From assembly GCA_027568095.1 (NCBI GenBank), contig GCA_027568095.1_4956.1: DNA of 58,547 nucleotides; one strand, given 5' to 3'. Made by a program: the position numbers and the translations under genes. Below are positions 45,069 through 53,824 of the stretch, piece after piece. Under the pieces are notes generated by a model. That model searched no databases. It was given only the letters and a program-made list of their open reading frames with translations, and was not told where the DNA came from. Source of the stretch: a phage. Position 1 is the stretch's first letter, and every line of letters starts with the position of its first letter.

Positions 45069-45299
45069 ATGGGAATGAAACAAATATGGGATGGTAAAAA
45101 CCTTCCTCCCGTTGGTTGTGAAGTGTTGATCCATCTGGCAAGCATTAACAAGTGGGTGGCACGAACTGTTCAGGGTTATGAAATATGGCCTTCTGTTTAT
45201 GAAAACGATACTGCACATCACAGGATAAACATAAAATTTGAAGATAATGTTCGTCTGTTATGTGATGTGCGACCTCTTGACTGGCGTGAACCTGATTAG
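45069..45299 (+). CDS. hypothetical protein with WDGxxLPPVG motif
   Basis: AGGAG RBS; shares N-terminal motif with 49700..50179. Confidence 0.45.
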   Translation: MGMKQIWDGKNLPPVGCEVLIHLASINKWVARTVQGYEIWPSVYENDTAHHRINIKFEDNVRLLCDVRPLDWREPD

Positions 45300-45375
45300 C
45301 CCAATGAACCTATATCTTGCTTGACCACTTAACCTCCTGTTGCTAATATTGAGTTAAACAACAGGAGGTTTTATT

Positions 45376-46299
45376 TTGACTAAACGAAAAACAGAACATG
45401 AAAGACTTTCAGAGATTTCAGAAATTTGCAAAGGTACTATTTATCATTTTGTTAGATTCTTAAATGGTTACAAGAATGCATCAAGTAGACTAATAATGCA
45501 TTGTCAAAAACATGGTGAATGGGAAACATCCTCTGATTTGATAGTGAATGGTAGAAATTTTTGTAAGAAATGTAGTAATGAGAACATAGCACTAAAAAAT
45601 AGTATAGACCAAAAAGAATATGAAAAACGTATCACTAATATTTGTAACTCGCGAGGTTATAAATTTATAAAATGGATTGAAAATTATCATGGTGTTCGCA
45701 CAAAAGCATTAATAGAATGTACTAAACATGGTCAGTGGGTGTCTTCCGGCAACAACATTACTATAAATAAAAGTTTCTGTAAGAAATGTTATTTTGAAAA
45801 TAAAAAGACACCATTACATATAAGAGAAAAAGAGATAAATGAAAAATGTTTGTCATTAAATTATGAATTTTTGGGTTGGGTCAATGGGTATGTTAATCAA
45901 TACAGTAAGATAAAAATTAAATGTCAAAAACATGGTGAATTTATAACAACACCTACAACATTATTACATACTGGCAGACGTTGTGCAGGTTGCGCTACAA
46001 CAGGTTTTAAAATCAAAAACAAAGCTAGCTTATATGTTTTAAGATCTCTATGTGGTAGTTATGTTAAAATAGGTATTAGCAACAATGTTGAAAATAGAAT
46101 AAAAATATTGAAGAAAAGAACACCTTTCGAATTCAATGTTATTGAAATATATAATTCTGATGGTAAAACCATTCGTTCACTTGAAAAAGATTTTCATTCT
46201 CATTTTGAGTCAGCAGAGTTGACTGGGTTCGATGGTTGTACTGAGTGGTTAAAATGGAATCCAAATATAACCACTCTAATACGTATAATCACGGGATAA
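45376..46299 (+). CDS. GIY-YIG/T5orf172-like nuclease domain protein with three Cys-rich repeats
   Basis: C-terminal LYVLRS...YVKIGIS...R...E pattern; three CxKHGxW...CKKC repeats; visibly AT-rich. Confidence 0.5.
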   Translation: MTKRKTEHERLSEISEICKGTIYHFVRFLNGYKNASSRLIMHCQKHGEWETSSDLIVNGRNFCKKCSNENIALKNSIDQKEYEKRITNICNSRGYKFIKWIENYHGVRTKALIECTKHGQWVSSGNNITINKSFCKKCYFENKKTPLHIREKEINEKCLSLNYEFLGWVNGYVNQYSKIKIKCQKHGEFITTPTTLLHTGRRCAGCATTGFKIKNKASLYVLRSLCGSYVKIGISNNVENRIKILKKRTPFEFNVIEIYNSDGKTIRSLEKDFHSHFESAELTGFDGCTEWLKWNPNITTLIRIITG

Positions 46300-47248
46300 C
46301 ATTTATATCTTGAGGGAGAGAATAAGCAACCCTGCAACGGCAATTAATCACATTCGCTGCACTACCGTTAGGATCACGAGGGAACATAAGTGGTCCTAAC
46401 GGCGTTGAAAACGGTCTGTCCATTGGTATCCAACCATTCGTTTCACCTGTGGAAATATGCGCGTCACGTGTCCGACCATCCTTCCTATACAACCAACGTT
46501 TTAATAATTCATTACTGATCGACCCCGTAACCTGACCCTGACGAATAGCCTGGTCCTGACCAACGGATATAGCACGAAGTGATTCAGTACGCGCTATTGT
46601 CTCTGTACGCTGTTTTACGTAACGCAAGCGTGTCTGTTCGATTATCTGGTCAATCTTCGCCTGTGATAGTTTCCCGGCACTTACAGCGTTCTTTGCACTG
46701 TCTGTAACAGTGGTCAGACTATTCACATAACCTGCTTCACCTTTTTCCAGTGCTGATCGCAGACGTTGAACCGTCATTTCCTGCCGTGTGGTTAACCCTA
46801 TTGATGATCGAAAATCACGGGCTATCTGACGCGGATTTCGTCCAGTTACCACACCTTGGTTAACAGCAATCTGAACAGCTTTGACTGTTTCGTCACTGAC
46901 TTCACGGATCAGTTGTCCGACATAATTGTTGATGTATGTACTGACCTGTGGGGTGACCAGACTGAACACAACCGGACCTGTTACAGCCGCTTTCGGTAGA
47001 ACCTGAACGACTACACGACCTGATTCGGCGATCGCATCTTCAATAACCGGGCGCAACTGTGCACTAAGTTCATCAGGGAGTGTTTCAAGAATGGGAAGTA
47101 ATCCGGCAATACCCTGAGTTTCAATGATGTATTCCAGGTTAGCTAACGACTCACTACGACGCACGTTTTCCCACACGACATCAAGTGCTTCGCGAATGCG
47201 AGCGTCATACTTGTCTGAAATATCCGGGTATGGGTCTTTAGTAGCCAT
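46289..47248 (-). CDS. head morphogenesis protein (Mu F-like position)
   Basis: 319 aa between portal and scaffold genes. Confidence 0.45.
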   Translation of the reverse strand: MATKDPYPDISDKYDARIREALDVVWENVRRSESLANLEYIIETQGIAGLLPILETLPDELSAQLRPVIEDAIAESGRVVVQVLPKAAVTGPVVFSLVTPQVSTYINNYVGQLIREVSDETVKAVQIAVNQGVVTGRNPRQIARDFRSSIGLTTRQEMTVQRLRSALEKGEAGYVNSLTTVTDSAKNAVSAGKLSQAKIDQIIEQTRLRYVKQRTETIARTESLRAISVGQDQAIRQGQVTGSISNELLKRWLYRKDGRTRDAHISTGETNGWIPMDRPFSTPLGPLMFPRDPNGSAANVINCRCRVAYSLPQDINVIP

Positions 47249-47254
47249 AAAAAA

Positions 47255-47286
47255 GCCTCAGTTAACACACTGAGGCCGATTATATC
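47255..47286 (-). promoter_or_regulatory. TG-extended -10 (TGATATAAT) followed by GCCTCAG/CTGAGGC hairpin and U6 abutting the start codon
   Basis: Minus strand reads cgTGaTATAATcggCCTCAGtgtgttaaCTGAGGcttttttATGgct. Confidence 0.45.
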
Positions 47287-47291
47287 ACGTG

Positions 47292-47425
47292 TTACGGGCG
47301 TGGAAGATTACGTTTTTCAGTTCCCTGAATGCGGTTCTTAACTTCGCGGATCTGTTCTTCCAGAAACTGTAACGCTTTTTGCGCTCGTTCGTAGTCTATT
47401 TCAAGTTCACGTAATAATTTTTCAT
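47292..47425 (-). CDS. small coiled-coil protein (44 aa)
   Basis: ATGA overlap with upstream HTH gene stop. Confidence 0.3.
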
Positions 47426-47616
47426 CTTTTGTCACGAGTATAACGTCCTTTAAAACCGGGTCTGACCATCAACTTACCATTCACCACCGCGTGAAATTCA
47501 CCATTGGTGTCATCCATATATTTATAAACTGTCGCTTTGTTACACCCAATCCGCCTGGCAAGTTCTGTCACGTTGCCATAAACGGTGGGTAGTAATTCAG
47601 AAATAGTTTGAACCAT
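47422..47616 (-). CDS. small HTH DNA-binding protein (64 aa)
   Basis: VTELARRIGCNKATVYKYM helix-turn-helix. Confidence 0.5.
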   Translation of the reverse strand: MVQTISELLPTVYGNVTELARRIGCNKATVYKYMDDTNGEFHAVVNGKLMVRPGFKGRYTRDKR

Positions 47617-47831
47617 TATAATAGTTCCCCTCTGTCACGTGCCACACGTTCGATTAACCGAATCGTGGCAGACCGTTTATCACCGTCATAAGGTTCTTCA
47701 TAACGAAGATCATCTGTAAAAACGATCTGTTCACGGTCACAGTGAATAACAATAATGTCGTATTTAACCAGAAGGTCGAATGCTTGTTCACCGTTCATTG
47801 TTAAGATATTCCTCTGCGTGTAATGCAGCAT
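47616..47831 (-). CDS. small acidic hypothetical protein (71 aa)
   Basis: ORF; operon context. Confidence 0.4.
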   Translation of the reverse strand: MLHYTQRNILTMNGEQAFDLLVKYDIIVIHCDREQIVFTDDLRYEEPYDGDKRSATIRLIERVARDRGELL

Positions 47832-48606
47832 AGCTGATCAAGTCTTCCAGACTGTCACGATGTGGTGTTTCAGTGTTGGAATAGAAACGAACCGCTTTTA
47901 ACAACATCAGAAACAACCACCCTTCGCCCGGTGTTAAGTCGCGCCCGGTAATTGTGTTAAACGCAGCAACGATTTTAGCTGACGAACGTTCCTGACCAGA
48001 CGTGTCATACTGCTTACCACGTTCTGTCAGTAGCTGTTCAGCCTGTTTCAGTAAGTCAGACGCTGTTGATGGTTGTTGAACGGGTGTGAATGTACACCGA
48101 CAATTTGACGGTGGTGTTGGTCTAGGTGCACTGGTTACTGTTGATGGTTGCTGAACAGGTGTGAATAGATGCGCCAGGTGTAAGTCTGCTAATGACTGTT
48201 GTTCATATTTTGTTATTTCATCATTGGTGCGAACAGCATAACCATGTTCGACTAACTGGTCGTCATTCCACCCATTTGCAATGAATTCGTCATAAGTGTT
48301 CTCACGGGCTTTCGGTGTCATAAACAGTTTTGTTTTGACAGGTGTTGCAGGACCACAAGGGCGTTTTTCAAAGATTTCAAAGTCATCAGCATTCTCCATG
48401 ATTTGTGGCGGATTTCTTAAAATTGGTGCGTGAATTGAACCATCAGACCATGCAAAAGTGTTTGTTGTCTTATTAAGAACAACACATGTAGCCCAGTCTG
48501 GCGCTTCACTCCAGTCTACTTGTTGTGTTTTCATTCGATAGTCAAGTGATTGTTTTTCACTTTCAGCATCATATGCAGGTATGTTCCACGGTTGTTCAAA
48601 CATCAT
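47788..48606 (-). CDS. hypothetical protein with internal FIAxGWNDxQL motif and TPVQQPST repeats
   Basis: YDEFIANGWNDDQLVEHGY matches C-terminus of 19711..20610; duplicated FTPVQQPST. Confidence 0.5.
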   Translation of the reverse strand: MMFEQPWNIPAYDAESEKQSLDYRMKTQQVDWSEAPDWATCVVLNKTTNTFAWSDGSIHAPILRNPPQIMENADDFEIFEKRPCGPATPVKTKLFMTPKARENTYDEFIANGWNDDQLVEHGYAVRTNDEITKYEQQSLADLHLAHLFTPVQQPSTVTSAPRPTPPSNCRCTFTPVQQPSTASDLLKQAEQLLTERGKQYDTSGQERSSAKIVAAFNTITGRDLTPGEGWLFLMLLKAVRFYSNTETPHRDSLEDLISYAALHAEEYLNNER

Positions 48607-48634
48607 TTATTCCTCATTGGTTAACGTTGACAGA

Positions 48635-48679
48635 AGTTTAAAATAATTCTTGACACATTGCAAGCGGTCACACTAACAT
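48635..48679. promoter_or_regulatory. overlapping divergent promoter pair (plus TTGACA-18-TAACAT; minus TTGCAA-17-TAAACT)
   Basis: Same conserved block as 17650-17694. Confidence 0.5.
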
Positions 48680-48713
48680 TTGTCACGAACGAAACACACT
48701 GAGGAATCAAACA

Positions 48714-48881
48714 ATGACTAATGAAGATGTTGCTAAACAATTGCGAGAAATCGCGGATCTGATTGATAGTGGTGAACTTTTACCAATTCGTGTCCGTAAA
48801 TACACCGAGATTTTAGATCGACAAGGTTCTCTTGAAATTGATTTTTTACTAGTAAAACAAGAGGAATTAAACAATGACTAA
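48714..48881 (+). CDS. small protein (55 aa)
   Basis: GAGGAA RBS 7 nt upstream; overlaps dUTPase start. Confidence 0.4.
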   Translation: MTNEDVAKQLREIADLIDSGELLPIRVRKYTEILDRQGSLEIDFLLVKQEELNND

Positions 48882-49377
48882 CCTGTATATCAAAAAACTA
48901 ACACCCCACGCTGAACTTCCGACACGTGCAACACCAGACAGCGCAGGGTTAGACGTTCGTGCTTGTCTGTGGGAAGAATCGGTAACCATATTCACAGAAT
49001 CAGGCGCTAAAGTGGAACGTCCGGTTGTTGCTGGAACAATCGCATTATGGCCCGGCGACCGCGCTATGATCCCCACTGGTCTGAAAATGTCAGTTGATAA
49101 CGGATATTGCATTAAATTTTACCCACGTTCCGGCATGAGTCTTAAACACGGTTTGTCACTGATCAACTGTGTGGGTATCGGTGATCGTGATTACAAAGAA
49201 GAATACTACGTTACGCTGACTAACCACGGGAAGAAATTACAGACTATCGCAGACGGTGAACGCGTTTGTCAGCTTATGGTTGAACGTGTCGAACCTGTTA
49301 ATCTGGTTGAAGTGGAAGAATTACCAGATGTTGATAGTCAGCGTAATGGCGGGTTTGGATCAACAGGACGGGTGTGA
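48874..49377 (+). CDS. dut: dUTP pyrophosphatase (dUTPase)
   Basis: Motifs ATPDSAGLDV, GIGDRDYKEEY, RNGGFGSTGR. Confidence 0.85.
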   Translation: MTNLYIKKLTPHAELPTRATPDSAGLDVRACLWEESVTIFTESGAKVERPVVAGTIALWPGDRAMIPTGLKMSVDNGYCIKFYPRSGMSLKHGLSLINCVGIGDRDYKEEYYVTLTNHGKKLQTIADGERVCQLMVERVEPVNLVEVEELPDVDSQRNGGFGSTGRV

Positions 49378-49703
49378 TGAACAATCGTGATTTATTAGTC
49401 AACGCAGCACGGGCTGCTGAAATCCAGGGTAAATATTACGTCGCGTACGACGAACGTTACATAAACGAAGGTATTGATATAGGTAATGGTCGCCTGTGGA
49501 ACCCTCTTACACGTAATGAGGATGCTTTCAGTCTGATGGTTAACATGTACATGGATCTGGATGTTCGTGACAACGAAGTGACGGTTAATAACCCTGACAC
49601 CGGCGTTAATTATAAGCAACCAGTTAGACACGGAGAAGACCGTGAAAAAGCAACGCGTTTAGCGATCGTCAACTGTGCAGCAATTGTGGGATCATATTTA
49701 TGA
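49374..49703 (+). CDS. hypothetical protein (109 aa)
   Basis: ATGA overlap with dUTPase stop. Confidence 0.5.
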   Translation: MMNNRDLLVNAARAAEIQGKYYVAYDERYINEGIDIGNGRLWNPLTRNEDAFSLMVNMYMDLDVRDNEVTVNNPDTGVNYKQPVRHGEDREKATRLAIVNCAAIVGSYL

Positions 49704-50179
49704 AAAGTTTTTGTGAAAAACACATGCGTGATAACAGTGATCAAAAACATGGTATTTGTCCTGACTGTGTGAATGAAAAACAACAATGGGATGGTGAAGG
49801 TTTACCACCTGTCGGTACAGTATGCGAGTGGTTAGCAAGCGTTGATCACGATTGGGTAAAGGTGACGGTATTAGGTCGTCATGGTGATGATATATGGTTA
49901 AAGCCTGATGACGGTACACAATCGTTTATTGTAGGTGACGCGGAAAACTTCAGACCTATTCCGAATGAACGTGAAAAGGCTATTGATGACCTAGTTTATG
50001 TTTTAATTAGTCATTATGGTGATTCTAAAGGTTCTGAATCTTATATTAAACTTGCGTCAGCTATGTATAACGCAGGGTGGCGTAATTACAACGAACAACC
50101 CGGTTTTGAGTGGCGCTATGTTTGTAAATGTTGTGGTACTCGTGTTCAACCAGGTCAGGAACTTAATCATGGGTGCTAA
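49700..50179 (+). CDS. hypothetical protein with WDGxxLPPVG motif and Cys pairs
   Basis: QQWDGEGLPPVGTVCEWLASV; N-terminal CPDC and C-terminal CKCCG. Confidence 0.5.
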   Translation: MKSFCEKHMRDNSDQKHGICPDCVNEKQQWDGEGLPPVGTVCEWLASVDHDWVKVTVLGRHGDDIWLKPDDGTQSFIVGDAENFRPIPNEREKAIDDLVYVLISHYGDSKGSESYIKLASAMYNAGWRNYNEQPGFEWRYVCKCCGTRVQPGQELNHGC

Positions 50180-50430
50180 CTATGACGATATTTAAAAACG
50201 CAATGGGCGATACTGTCGCGTATCTGCCGAAAGTCATTATTGCAGATCCATCCTGTGTTGATTACCCACACAGCAAGCAATCTGAAGCGACCTACAACGA
50301 CCTGTGCGCTGATATAATGCGTGGTTGTGACATCGGTATTGAACGACTTCAGAAACTTCGGGAGGAATACGAAAAACGGTCTGTACAGGCCGCAATGGGC
50401 TTACCGCCTGTATACGATAATTTAAAATAA
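50173..50430 (+). CDS. hypothetical protein (85 aa)
   Basis: ORF overlapping upstream stop. Confidence 0.45.
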   Translation: MLTMTIFKNAMGDTVAYLPKVIIADPSCVDYPHSKQSEATYNDLCADIMRGCDIGIERLQKLREEYEKRSVQAAMGLPPVYDNLK

Positions 50431-50433
50431 TTC

Positions 50434-50462
50434 TTGACGGATTACACAAGGACGTGTAACCT
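50434..50462 (+). promoter_or_regulatory. conserved-family promoter (TTGACG-17-TAACCT)
   Basis: TTTAAAATAATTCTTGACGGATTACA; overlaps stop of upstream gene. Confidence 0.5.
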
Positions 50463-50492
50463 ACAAACATCAAAACAAAGGAGGACACAATC

Positions 50493-50837
50493 ATGTTATT
50501 CGCTATTTTATGGGTTCTTTTCTCTCTGGTTGTCGCGGGTGTTGCCAAACAAACAGGTCGTAACCTTGGTGTATGGTTCTTTATCGCATTTCTCACAAGT
50601 CCTGTGATCGGTGGTCTGATTCTGCTAATCGCATATCTGTTTAACGGTAAGGTCGTAAGGGAACAACCGAAAGTGGTAACCACGGGGATGTTCAGCAATT
50701 ACCTTGCAGCCTATAACTATGTCAATGAACATTACACCATTGACACTGACTACCGGGCAGAAGCAGCCAGTGACCTGTTTAAGTATGCTACCTGTCGCGA
50801 GGACTGTGATAAACTGATCGCGAAGTACGTTAACTGA
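50493..50837 (+). CDS. membrane protein (2 N-terminal TM + soluble domain)
   Basis: Hydrophobic segments LFAILWVLFSLVVAGVA and VWFFIAFLTSPVIGGLILLIAYLF. Confidence 0.5.
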   Translation: MLFAILWVLFSLVVAGVAKQTGRNLGVWFFIAFLTSPVIGGLILLIAYLFNGKVVREQPKVVTTGMFSNYLAAYNYVNEHYTIDTDYRAEAASDLFKYATCREDCDKLIAKYVN

Positions 50838-50852
50838 CAGGAGAAAACTTAA

Positions 50853-51185
50853 ATGCGTTTTGAAATTCTTGAGCTTGTTAAATATGACAAGACTGCTGCT
50901 GAAATTCTGGTTGATGCAGTTGCTGACAACGAAGTGAAATTTAAACTACTTAACAAAGTCTGGAAATACATTGTAACCACGACTATTGTTGAGCAAGCAT
51001 CACAGTTTAAGGAAGTCGTTGCTGATATGTACGCGTTCACTGGCGATGATGAGGTTAAACTACAACTGCTTGATAAAACGCTGGAACGTGCGATCAACAA
51101 CAGTTATCCGTTACAGACTCGTATTCAGACTGCTGTTGATGAAGCGAGTAAATTACTGTCAATCGTGCAACCTGAAACTAAGTAA
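50853..51185 (+). CDS. hypothetical protein (110 aa)
   Basis: ORF followed by terminator. Confidence 0.5.
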   Translation: MRFEILELVKYDKTAAEILVDAVADNEVKFKLLNKVWKYIVTTTIVEQASQFKEVVADMYAFTGDDEVKLQLLDKTLERAINNSYPLQTRIQTAVDEASKLLSIVQPETK

Positions 51186-51190
51186 AATTA

Positions 51191-51213
51191 AGGGACCAGT
51201 AACGGTCCCTTTT
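51191..51213. terminator. bidirectional intrinsic terminator (GGGACC-AGTAAC-GGTCCC + T5)
   Basis: Between convergent stops at 51185 (+) and 51218 (-). Confidence 0.65.
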
Positions 51214-51217
51214 TCAT

Positions 51218-52573
51218 TCAGTCGTCAATAGACGGTAATCCGTCCCCTGCTTTATCAATCCCCGTAATAGGTAGACCCGCCTCTTTATATACGTATTCCT
51301 GAAGGTCTGGATCCGGGAATACAGGTGCGCCAGCTTGTGCTAAACGAGCAAGTGCCGTAGTCAACGTTTCGATACTGTCTTTACTGATTGACCCGGCACG
51401 AATCGACGGGCGGTATTCATCAGGAAATGCGTTTAATGACCATAACTGTGGTATTAACTGACGATTAACACATTCTACAATGCTATCAATACGTGATTGC
51501 ATTGCGCGGATCCATAATTCAGTACGACTACCCAGGTTAGCATTATTCCCGGTATTACCACCCGTTCCGAAAAACATGAAATCTGCCAGTAACGCGCGGG
51601 CAATACTGGTATCCAGGCGTTTAATCGTCCGGTCAATATCCACAGAACTGGTCTGGTTAGGTGTAACGAATTCCAGTTTCACCTGTTGTTCACCACCGTA
51701 CGTGGTAACACCTGTTTCGTTATCATAACCCGTGATATACGGTTTAGAATAAATCACCAGTCCTGATTGTTCATTGCGTTTGATATTGGCAACAATGTTT
51801 TCATAGTTATCAATCATCGCCTGTGCTGCCTGACGCTGTTGTTCAGGAACGTTGGGGTCATTAGCCGCTTTCTTAATATCTGCGTTAACAGTAATTACCG
51901 GGAACCCTGTACCACGTTCGGCAAGTATGGATTCGATTTCCATATTCACTTTTTTGTAGTACCACGGGCGATAAGCTGTGCGCAGTAGTGATAAACCTTC
52001 CGGGTTACCTTTATTCGGACTTGAAATCAAATGAAGCGAACGGTCACGCGTGATTAACGTCGTTGTACCCTGGTTAGGTGAACGTTGATAAATACCACGA
52101 ACATAACCTGTTGGTTCTTCAATATCCCATCCAGCAAGCGTTTCAGGTGCTACAGGAACCAGACGGGCAATACCCACTGTACCGTCATCAAGGTCTTTCA
52201 CCCAAATGTCATACCAACCCCAGCCGAACACATCAACATCTGTCCACGTCTGAACGAATGCGGACCATGTATCATCAGGGAGTGCACCACGCGGATCACC
52301 CATTTTATTTTCAATAGCGTCCTGTAACCATTCTGAATAACGAATAGCTTCTGGATCATCTTTGTCAGACGGGTCAAAAATCCACTGTACAGAACGATAA
52401 ACGCTACTCATGGCGAATAACACACCGCCAATAGTTTCGTCGTTTTCAGCCATCTGGCGAAGGATGCGACGGCCTTGTTTACCGTTCAGTTTAGGAAGGA
52501 AATCGTCGTTTACCTGGTTGCCTGTTCGACTGTAACCGGCAACTGCTAGTTGTTCGAATTGTTGATCAGCCAT
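51218..52573 (-). CDS. portal protein
   Basis: 451 aa; position between large terminase and head morphogenesis genes. Confidence 0.5.
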   Translation of the reverse strand: MADQQFEQLAVAGYSRTGNQVNDDFLPKLNGKQGRRILRQMAENDETIGGVLFAMSSVYRSVQWIFDPSDKDDPEAIRYSEWLQDAIENKMGDPRGALPDDTWSAFVQTWTDVDVFGWGWYDIWVKDLDDGTVGIARLVPVAPETLAGWDIEEPTGYVRGIYQRSPNQGTTTLITRDRSLHLISSPNKGNPEGLSLLRTAYRPWYYKKVNMEIESILAERGTGFPVITVNADIKKAANDPNVPEQQRQAAQAMIDNYENIVANIKRNEQSGLVIYSKPYITGYDNETGVTTYGGEQQVKLEFVTPNQTSSVDIDRTIKRLDTSIARALLADFMFFGTGGNTGNNANLGSRTELWIRAMQSRIDSIVECVNRQLIPQLWSLNAFPDEYRPSIRAGSISKDSIETLTTALARLAQAGAPVFPDPDLQEYVYKEAGLPITGIDKAGDGLPSIDD

Positions 52574-52655
52574 GTTCTACAGGCTCCATACGGTTTACGG
52601 TTCTTAACGTATGTTATATCAGTGATGGTTTTTTTGCACGGTGTTAAAATAATTC

Positions 52656-52684
52656 TTGACGAATTACAAACGTACGATTATGCT
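52656..52684 (+). promoter_or_regulatory. conserved-family promoter (TTGACG-17-TATGCT)
   Basis: GTTAAAATAATTCTTGACGAATTACA upstream of 52716 gene. Confidence 0.5.
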
Positions 52685-52715
52685 TTAGTCATCAAATGAA
52701 CGAAGGGTGATAACT

Positions 52716-53027
52716 ATGAAACCGAATGAAAATATTACACAACTGGATATTGCTTTTGGACCTAAAAACATTGCTGAATTCCTCCCGACGATGGGTAGTA
52801 TTCCGAAAGAATTTTTCGAAGATTCTAACCCGTGGAATCAGTGGATCAGCAAATGGTTTTTCAATGGTCTGAAAGAATACGCGGTTGCTGTTAAAGGTGT
52901 GGATTTTAAACAGGCCCACGCACACATCAACGTGATTCTGGGTAGTTTCGAACCTAAACACGAACATAAAATTGCCGGGTGTGCGTATCTCGCGTCAATG
53001 TGGTTTGTAGAAGGAACCGTTAAATGA
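52716..53027 (+). CDS. hypothetical protein (103 aa), accessory island
   Basis: AAGGGTGA RBS upstream of ATG 52716. Confidence 0.45.
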   Translation: MKPNENITQLDIAFGPKNIAEFLPTMGSIPKEFFEDSNPWNQWISKWFFNGLKEYAVAVKGVDFKQAHAHINVILGSFEPKHEHKIAGCAYLASMWFVEGTVK

Positions 53028-53326
53028 CATATGAGAATTACAAACAATTTCTGACTGTTCAGGGTATGTCATGTATGGCTCGTTATATGGGTACGGGTGT
53101 TGAAACAGGCTGTCATATGTTCAACGTTAATAACGGTTTGAATATTGAAATAACAATAGATGGTGAAAGAGTATTAGCAGATGCATCTGTAGTTATCCCT
53201 GGTTTAATGAATCCTGTATCAACTGGTAAATTCAGTCAACCGTGGTCAAATCAGGCGTTTATTAATCAATGTAAACGTTTGACACGGATGAAACATTTAT
53301 TAGGTGAATCACTCAAAGAGGAATAA
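53024..53326 (+). CDS. hypothetical protein (100 aa)
   Basis: GAAGGAA RBS; ATGA overlap. Confidence 0.45.
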   Translation: MTYENYKQFLTVQGMSCMARYMGTGVETGCHMFNVNNGLNIEITIDGERVLADASVVIPGLMNPVSTGKFSQPWSNQAFINQCKRLTRMKHLLGESLKEE

Positions 53327-53328
53327 TC

Positions 53329-53664
53329 ATGAACCATGTAAATGCTATTCGTTGTAATGATGAATATCAGTGTTCGCATTGTGGTAAATCGTGGGATATC
53401 CACGAAGAAGCGCCAGATTGTAAAATGACACTGGCTAGTGCAGATGTGTATAAAACGGTCAATTATTTTGGTTTGTCTTTAACTGTTCCTGAAGATATTG
53501 ACTATATAGCCACGAATAGTTACGGGGTTGTTTACGGGTATTTTAGTGAACCAGAACTCTGTGATGAATTTTGGGATAATCGTCGTTACGGTATCCCAAA
53601 AGTGAGGCTTGCAACTGTAAACCTACACGGTCTGGACTGGACGGAGACTCTAAGAGAATGTTAA
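53329..53664 (+). CDS. hypothetical protein with CxxC pair (111 aa)
   Basis: AGAGGAA RBS; CSHCG motif. Confidence 0.45.
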   Translation: MNHVNAIRCNDEYQCSHCGKSWDIHEEAPDCKMTLASADVYKTVNYFGLSLTVPEDIDYIATNSYGVVYGYFSEPELCDEFWDNRRYGIPKVRLATVNLHGLDWTETLREC

Positions 53665-53819
53665 TTGGTTATGTACTGGTGCTTGTTCTGCATGGTGTGA
53701 CTATTGAACCTGTGACAGAACGCATCATGACGTTCGAACAGTGTCAGGGTGCGTTACAAGCTGAACAAGCTTACAACCCTGGTAAAATTTACGGGTGTGC
53801 TGAAGTTTATCGGGACTAA
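53658..53819 (+). CDS. small protein with hydrophobic N-terminus (53 aa)
   Basis: Start overlaps upstream stop; MLIGYVLVLVLHG. Confidence 0.3.
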   Translation: MLIGYVLVLVLHGVTIEPVTERIMTFEQCQGALQAEQAYNPGKIYGCAEVYRD

Positions 53820-53824
53820 TCATT

